A DNA stretch of 64,000 bases from Christensenellales bacterium (lineage in GTDB: Bacteria > Bacillota > Clostridia > Christensenellales > JBMNTQ01): contig JBMNTR010000014.1 in assembly GCA_050945835.1 (NCBI GenBank), forward strand, positions 6,080 to 70,079, given 5' to 3'. Position 1 is the stretch's first letter. The number at the start of each line of letters is the position of its first letter. Below are positions 58,237-64,000 of this stretch, piece by piece. The position numbers and the translations under genes are program-made. A model generated the notes under the pieces. The model was given only the letters and a program-made list of their open reading frames with translations. It was not told where the DNA came from and did not search any database.

Positions 58237-60381
58237 TTAGATGATATGCTCCTGTCCGGCGTTTACATGGAATGAAAGCCCGGTGTTTTTGCTGTATAAA
58301 GATAGATCCTTGAGCACAGCGGCATTTTCGCCCACCTTTTGCGCGGCGTTCGTACCGATCAGGTCGTTGAAATGTTGGACATAAACCCCCACGGCGTATT
58401 GCCCCAGCTTGCGCATGAGGCTACGGCTTGGCCCGAATTCTTTGAGCGCTTCAGCAAACCCGGCGCCTTTTCCTTCAGGAATATACACCGTGCATTCCGT
58501 GTTCTTTATGATGCGAAATTTTTCTGCCACGGTGGCGAAGGGCATGGTGCCGGTATCGATTTCGCTGAGTATCCGCTCCTTGTCCAGCTCGCTTTCGTGT
58601 TTGATCTGATAGTATAGAAATTCAAAATAGGCCCGCACCGCCTCCGGTGAGGATATGTCGCTGAATTCACGCAGTATCTTCTGCGTTGCGGCGATGTTTT
58701 GCAGCAGCATCTGCGGAGACTTTTGCTCCGTTTCAAAGATATAGACCACGCTTTTGCCGGCTTCGCGCTTGCCTTCACGGTTGCAGCGCCCGCCCGCCTG
58801 TATGATGGAATCCAGCCCCGCCAGCGCGCGGTATACCATGGGGAAATCCACATCCACTCCCGCTTCCACAAGGCTTGTGGATATCACACGGCAGGGTTCG
58901 TTTTTGTTGAGCCGATTGCGGATTTCAGCCAGCACGCTGCGCCTGTGGGCGGGATACATGGTGGTTGAAAGGTGATAGCTGCCCTCTTGATGCAGCATGG
59001 CATATAGCTTTTGCGCCTGTTTTCGGCTGTTCACGATGCATAAAACCTGTTTTTGCGCATTCAGCCCTGCACATAGCTCTTCATCGGACAGCTTCCCAAG
59101 CTTTTCATAGCGCACCCGCTGGAAAAACGCGTACATATCCGAAACATCCGGACAAAGCTCTTGTATCGTATGTGGGTGAGAAAACTGCTGTTCAAACAAC
59201 CGGCCGATCGACGGCTGGGTGGCCGTGCATAGTACAGCCGAACAGCCATAGTTTTCGACAAGCTGCGCAATGGCTTCTATGCAGGGGCTCAGATATGGCA
59301 CAGGCAGCATCTGCGCTTCGTCGAATATGATGACGCTGTTTGCAATGTTGTGAAGCTTACGGCAGCGGGAGGATCGGTTGGCATACAGGGATTCAAAAAA
59401 CTGCACCGCCGTGGTAAGTATGATGGGCGCGTCATAGTTTTCGGCCGCTAAGTAACGCTTGTCTGCAAGGCTCTTGTTCTCATCGGTGCTGTAATCGAGC
59501 GTGGCGTAATGCGCTACCACATTCTTTTCGCCGAATATATTCTCAAACACCTGCTGTGTCTGCTCGATGATGCTCGTATAGGGAATGACATAGATGACGC
59601 GGCGCAAATGATTGCGCAGCGCATGCCGCAGGGCAAACGCCATAGAGCCGACTGTCTTGCCGCCGCCGGTGGGTACCGTCAGGCTGAAAAGCCTGTTTTT
59701 ACTCCTTGTTTCCAGCAAAGCTCTTAATATCTCACAGCGCTTTTGGTTGATGGGCTTTTCGCTGCCCCACCAGCGGGATACGAATCGATCGAGCTTGTGG
59801 CTCAACCGCTGCAGCGTATCCGCTCTGCCCCGCTGCACACAGTGATCGGACATAAACGCTTCCGTATCCAGAAAATCGGCATCTACAAGGCAGGAGTACA
59901 ACATGCGGGTAAAGAAAAACGCTGTGCGGGCATCGGTGGTGAATTGAGATGGAATTTGAATCTGTGAAAATGCGATTTCAGATTTGTAGGGGCTGTATTC
60001 TTCAATATTCTCTCCCACCTTACGGCGCATCTTTCCGAAGAAGGTTCCATCGTCTGCAACGGAGAGCTTTGGGTTGCCCCCGTCGGGTAAGCCGCCGTGA
60101 TGCCCCGCGATGCTGAAGGCGGCGGGCACGTTGCGCAATTCAAAAAAAGCCACCTGCGCGCCCGCCGTGGAATGGTCTACCGTTTCGTAAGAACCCCGTA
60201 TGCGTCTTTGAAATTTCAGTGAATACTTGCCGATGTCGTGCAATATGCCGCATAGATACCCCGCATCGGCACAGTGAAACGCGTGCGCAAATCCGGATGC
60301 CCGCCTCGCAGTGCCGTGCAGGTGTTCAACCATGCTCTGCTCTGTTTTTTGAGCCACATTGACATGCGCCAGATAAGCCAT
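58237..60381 (-). CDS. cas3: CRISPR-associated helicase/nuclease Cas3 (HD + SF2 helicase)
   Basis: HD motifs (EHLHGT, LHDIGK), helicase motif I VPTGGGKT, motif II FDEAQ. Confidence 0.95.
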   Translation of the reverse strand: MAYLAHVNVAQKTEQSMVEHLHGTARRASGFAHAFHCADAGYLCGILHDIGKYSLKFQRRIRGSYETVDHSTAGAQVAFFELRNVPAAFSIAGHHGGLPDGGNPKLSVADDGTFFGKMRRKVGENIEEYSPYKSEIAFSQIQIPSQFTTDARTAFFFTRMLYSCLVDADFLDTEAFMSDHCVQRGRADTLQRLSHKLDRFVSRWWGSEKPINQKRCEILRALLETRSKNRLFSLTVPTGGGKTVGSMAFALRHALRNHLRRVIYVIPYTSIIEQTQQVFENIFGEKNVVAHYATLDYSTDENKSLADKRYLAAENYDAPIILTTAVQFFESLYANRSSRCRKLHNIANSVIIFDEAQMLPVPYLSPCIEAIAQLVENYGCSAVLCTATQPSIGRLFEQQFSHPHTIQELCPDVSDMYAFFQRVRYEKLGKLSDEELCAGLNAQKQVLCIVNSRKQAQKLYAMLHQEGSYHLSTTMYPAHRRSVLAEIRNRLNKNEPCRVISTSLVEAGVDVDFPMVYRALAGLDSIIQAGGRCNREGKREAGKSVVYIFETEQKSPQMLLQNIAATQKILREFSDISSPEAVRAYFEFLYYQIKHESELDKERILSEIDTGTMPFATVAEKFRIIKNTECTVYIPEGKGAGFAEALKEFGPSRSLMRKLGQYAVGVYVQHFNDLIGTNAAQKVGENAAVLKDLSLYSKNTGLSFHVNAGQEHII

Positions 60382-60932
60382 GACCTACCTCACTCCAACA
60401 CATTGTGTTGACTTAAGAGATTCGATTTGGTTTCGTGTTTGAATATTCTATGATCACTCCGGCATGGATCAATCACCCAATAGAAAAGCCCTTGCCCTGT
60501 TTGGTAAATCATATCCGCTGCGTGTGCCCTCGCTGCTGATGCGCTCAGGACATGCTTTGCGGCTGCCGTATGATACTGCTGTTTTGTGCTTTAATAATAG
60601 ATTATGATTTATCATAACATGATTTCTTCACATATACAACAAATGCCGCTAGAATTCCCAAAGGCTGTATGTTTTTCAGGATTCCATTCCTTAAATGTTT
60701 GAATGGATGAAAACAAGCGCCGGATGTGGACGATGCCGGCGCCCGATCAGAGAAGATTCGTTTTTTGTGCCCGTATCCAAACAGCGGGGAGATGATGCGG
60801 CGACAATCTCCTGCCGCCGGACAGGTGCACTTTGACGGGGAAGGGTGTAAGCATTATAATTGAATCAGCAGGCTGATCAAAAAGATGGGGATGTGAAGTG
60901 TTGTGACAACAGAAATAAGAACATAGGAAATC

Positions 60933-61919
60933 ATGGATGATAAGTTAACCGAAGTCACCACAACCTTGGCAGAGTGCGGGAAAAAAGAAAGAGACCATTT
61001 AGAAAAATGGGTTAAAGCCGAGCCAAAAATTCTTGGGGATGATATTAAAATTATCGGAGAACAGGTCCGGACATCTTCAGGACCCATTGACTACTTGGGG
61101 ATAGACAATAAAGGAAACTTGGTGATTATCGAATTAAAAAGAGATAAACTGCCAAGAGAGGTTTTGGCACAAGTGATCGATTATGCGTCTGATATTTCAA
61201 GATGGGACTCAGATAGAATCAGCGAAGTATGTGTCCATTATACTGGACAGTCTTTAGATGATTTTGTTTCAGAGAGTTTTGAGGATATTGATCACGAAAG
61301 TTTTTTAATTAATAACTCGCAAAGGCTTCTTCTGGTTGGGTTTTCAATTGACAGCTCGCTGAGCAGAATGATTGAATGGTTAAGCGATAAATATGATCTC
61401 ATCATTAATGCCATTCTATTAAAATACGTAAAAACATCTCAAGGGGATGAACTCATCTCAAGAACAGCGATTATCCCCGAAGATATTGAAAAAGATAAGA
61501 TTGATAAAAAAAAGAACAAGATTGAAATGTCCGATGAAAAAGGCACATATGACACAAACGAACTTAAGGTTTTGTTTTCGCAGTACTTAAAGAGAAACCT
61601 GTGGTCCAGCAAGAGAATCAAGCACATTATGCTGCCCTATCTATTGAAAGCCGATAAAGTTGTTTCCAGAGAGGAATTAAAGCAAGCATTCCTAAAGACC
61701 GGAGGGGAGCTGGGAGGAAACGATTCAAAACAAGCGGGAATATTTGTTGCATTGATATCAAATCAATTAGGTCAAAGGAAAAATGATTTTCTCCGGCAAG
61801 TCATTTTGTATGATTACCCAAATTATCCTTGGGAAAAAGATAACTTTAAAATAAACCCGGAGTATACTGAATTAGTAAAAAATATGCTGAAAGCTGTCTG
61901 TGAAGATGATATTGAATAG
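60933..61919 (+). CDS. NucS/DUF91-like PD-(D/E)xK nuclease-domain protein with uncharacterised C-terminal domain
   Basis: SGPIDYLGIDNKGNLVIIELKRDKLPREVLAQVIDYASDI matches the D...ExK core plus QxxxY of RecB-family/NucS C-terminal domains. The gene is strongly AT-rich relative to its surroundings. Confidence 0.65.
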   Translation: MDDKLTEVTTTLAECGKKERDHLEKWVKAEPKILGDDIKIIGEQVRTSSGPIDYLGIDNKGNLVIIELKRDKLPREVLAQVIDYASDISRWDSDRISEVCVHYTGQSLDDFVSESFEDIDHESFLINNSQRLLLVGFSIDSSLSRMIEWLSDKYDLIINAILLKYVKTSQGDELISRTAIIPEDIEKDKIDKKKNKIEMSDEKGTYDTNELKVLFSQYLKRNLWSSKRIKHIMLPYLLKADKVVSREELKQAFLKTGGELGGNDSKQAGIFVALISNQLGQRKNDFLRQVILYDYPNYPWEKDNFKINPEYTELVKNMLKAVCEDDIE

Positions 61920-62202
61920 TCGTTATGAGCAAAAAAGATTCTCCGCAATTTGGATTGCGGCTCTGCTTTATAAGGATAGCACAGATGAATTTTACAGGGA
62001 TAAAAACGAAACCGATAGACTTCTCTCCAAAGTTTATCGGTTTCGTCAATACGCACATGATCAGCGATAAACCAAGCATCCGTATGCCAGAAGGCATTGC
62101 TGCGTGAAAAGGAATACGGTTTGGCTTGCTGTATACGTAGGGAAAGCTTCCAAGCACAACAGAACATGCTGTTCTTGATCCTATCCGCCGGATTTCGTAT
62201 GT

Positions 62203-63774
62203 CTATGCCTGCTGCACTTTTTTCAATTTAACCGCATCAAACTCCATTTGAATCTCCTCAGAAGGAGGTGTTGTCAGGCGTGAAACGATTACGATGAGCA
62301 GGCATGAAAAGATGAAAGCCGGAAGCAGCTCATAAATATTCCAGACACCGCCCAAAGGGCGGATAACAAGCTTCCAGAAAAACACCATACCGCCGCCGCC
62401 CAGCATGCCCGCGATGGCTCCTGCACGGTTGGTACGCTTCCAGAACAGCGAAAACAGCATCAGCGGGCCAAATGTCGCGCCAAACCCTGCCCAGGCAAAA
62501 GAAACAATCGTGAAAATAACGCTTTGTTCGTCCAGCGCAATAAAAACGGCGACCAATGCGATGACCAGCAGCGTTATACGGGAAACCCGCATGACGGCTT
62601 TATCGCTGGCATTTTTCCTTAGTATACCCTGGTAAATGTTTTTTGCCAAAGAGGAAGCCGCAATCAGCAGATATGAATCAGAAGAGCTGATCGTGGCGGC
62701 TAGAATCCCCGCCATGACGAATCCGGCCAACAATGGAGGCAATAGCCTGGTTGAAAGCAGTATAAACACATTTTCCGCTTCTACTGTGCTGGTTAGAGCA
62801 GCGGGATACAAGGATCTGCCCACGATTCCAATAAAGACCGCCACCGCCAAAGAGATCACAACCCAAACAGTGGCAATACGCCTCGAGCTTGTAAGCTCAC
62901 TCTCTTTGCGTATCGCCATAAAACGCAGCAGCACTTGAGGCATGCCAAAATAGCCCAATCCCCAAGCCAATGTAGAGAGGATGGTAATGAATCCGTAGCT
63001 GCCGGCTGCGCCAAATACAGGCGCGCCGTCTGTTACCATCTGTATGCCATTTGCATCGACACTTGGGCTGGCTATGCCAAAGAATTCAAAAAAGCCCGGA
63101 ATGCTTTTCGAGTTCTCCACCACGCTATCCAGACCACCGGCTGCGGAAGTGCCCACCACCACAACAGCAACCAATGCCACCACCATGACGATGGCCTGCA
63201 TGAAATCCGATGCGCTTTCAGCCAGAAACCCACCCACCATTGTGTATATCAGCACGAACACCGCGCCAAGAATCATCATGGATACATACGGGGCGTTAAA
63301 CAGCGTAGAGAACAACTTCCCGCAGGTAACAAAACAACTCGCAGCATATACGGTAAAAAACACCAATATAAAAACCGCTGCAATTGACATCAGAAGCTTT
63401 TTGTTTTCCCTAAACCGGTTGGAAAAAAACTCAGGTAAAGTGATGGAGTTGCCGGCTTTTTCGCTGTACCTGCGAAGTCGTTTGGACACGATCAGCCAGT
63501 TGATGTATGTGCCCACAGCCAGCCCGATGGCAGTCCACATTGCATCCGCAAGACCGCACCAATATGCAACACCGGGCAACCCCATAAGCAGCCAGCCAGA
63601 CATATCTGAAGCTTCTGCACTCATGGCGGCGACCCATGGGCCTAGGCTACGCCCGCCAAGAAAATAGTTTTCCGAACTCTGGTTTGCTCTTTTGGCAAAA
63701 AAAACACCGATCCCGATCACAACAGCCATATATAATGCCATCGCAATCAAAACTTGAACGCTTCCTGCTTCCAT
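62203..63774 (-). CDS. putP: sodium:proline symporter (SSF family)
   Basis: About 13 TM segments. YFLGGRSLGPWVAAMSAEASDMSGWLLMGLPG is the PutP/SSF signature. ATG 63774 follows GGAGGA. Confidence 0.9.
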   Translation of the reverse strand: MEAGSVQVLIAMALYMAVVIGIGVFFAKRANQSSENYFLGGRSLGPWVAAMSAEASDMSGWLLMGLPGVAYWCGLADAMWTAIGLAVGTYINWLIVSKRLRRYSEKAGNSITLPEFFSNRFRENKKLLMSIAAVFILVFFTVYAASCFVTCGKLFSTLFNAPYVSMMILGAVFVLIYTMVGGFLAESASDFMQAIVMVVALVAVVVVGTSAAGGLDSVVENSKSIPGFFEFFGIASPSVDANGIQMVTDGAPVFGAAGSYGFITILSTLAWGLGYFGMPQVLLRFMAIRKESELTSSRRIATVWVVISLAVAVFIGIVGRSLYPAALTSTVEAENVFILLSTRLLPPLLAGFVMAGILAATISSSDSYLLIAASSLAKNIYQGILRKNASDKAVMRVSRITLLVIALVAVFIALDEQSVIFTIVSFAWAGFGATFGPLMLFSLFWKRTNRAGAIAGMLGGGGMVFFWKLVIRPLGGVWNIYELLPAFIFSCLLIVIVSRLTTPPSEEIQMEFDAVKLKKVQQA

Positions 63775-64000
63775 ATCTTCCTCCATCATTTATATTTCTG
63801 GGTTTTGCAGCGCAAACTTTACGCGCACTATACCTGTCATTATATGACATTGATATCAAGAGTACAAGCTAAAAAGGTTCACGATTGATACGGTTGTTTT
63901 TATCGCCATTATACATTGATAATAATTTAGAGTTGTGTGTATATCGATATGATCAAATGGATTAATTGCAGGGTTTGCTTTGCATTGCTCATATCGCTAT

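Noticed and set aside
61823-62167. 114-aa minus-strand ORF (…NAFWHTDAWFIADHVRIDETDK…) between the nuclease gene and putP.
   Set aside because: Its 3' third is antisense to the nuclease gene. It has no SD and no recognisable family. It may be a gene remnant, but there is no evidence for that.

Overview
GC-rich Firmicute (Clostridia-like) chromosome segment, judged from synteny: ctsR-mcsA-mcsB-clpC, tepA-ylzJ-ftsK/spoIIIE, rimO-pgsA-cinA-recA, a T-box-controlled proS, polA-coaE and an ilvA-B-N-C-D operon. Calls rest on motifs read by eye and remembered family signatures; no searches were run. Most of the window is housekeeping. The accessory content is: (1) an AT-rich block at 1-~2860 (regulator, sugar ABC ATPase, permease stub) that ends abruptly inside the permease gene next to feoAB; (2) an IS1182-family element sitting in a terminator hairpin that is duplicated on both sides; (3) a lone 540-aa ABC/SMC-like ATPase between polA and ilvD; (4) a six-gene dlt-like cluster (adenylase, GNAT, carrier protein, MBOAT, DltD-like, Asp/Glu-type racemase); (5) a complete type I-C CRISPR-Cas locus (cas3-5-8c-7-4-1-2, leader, 28 repeats, 27 spacers, minus strand); (6) a solitary, structure-preserving CRISPR repeat 1.67 kb beyond the array end, which together with the array brackets a three-gene islet (glycine-zipper zinc-ribbon membrane protein, XRE regulator, small membrane ORF with an in-frame stop); (7) an AT-rich islet beside cas3 encoding a NucS-like PD-(D/E)xK nuclease. 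The clearest regulatory feature is an unannotated 43-codon Ile/Val-rich leader peptide with promoter, antiterminator and terminator upstream of ilvA. Many long ORFs antisense to real genes, and all ORFs across the CRISPR array, are artefacts.
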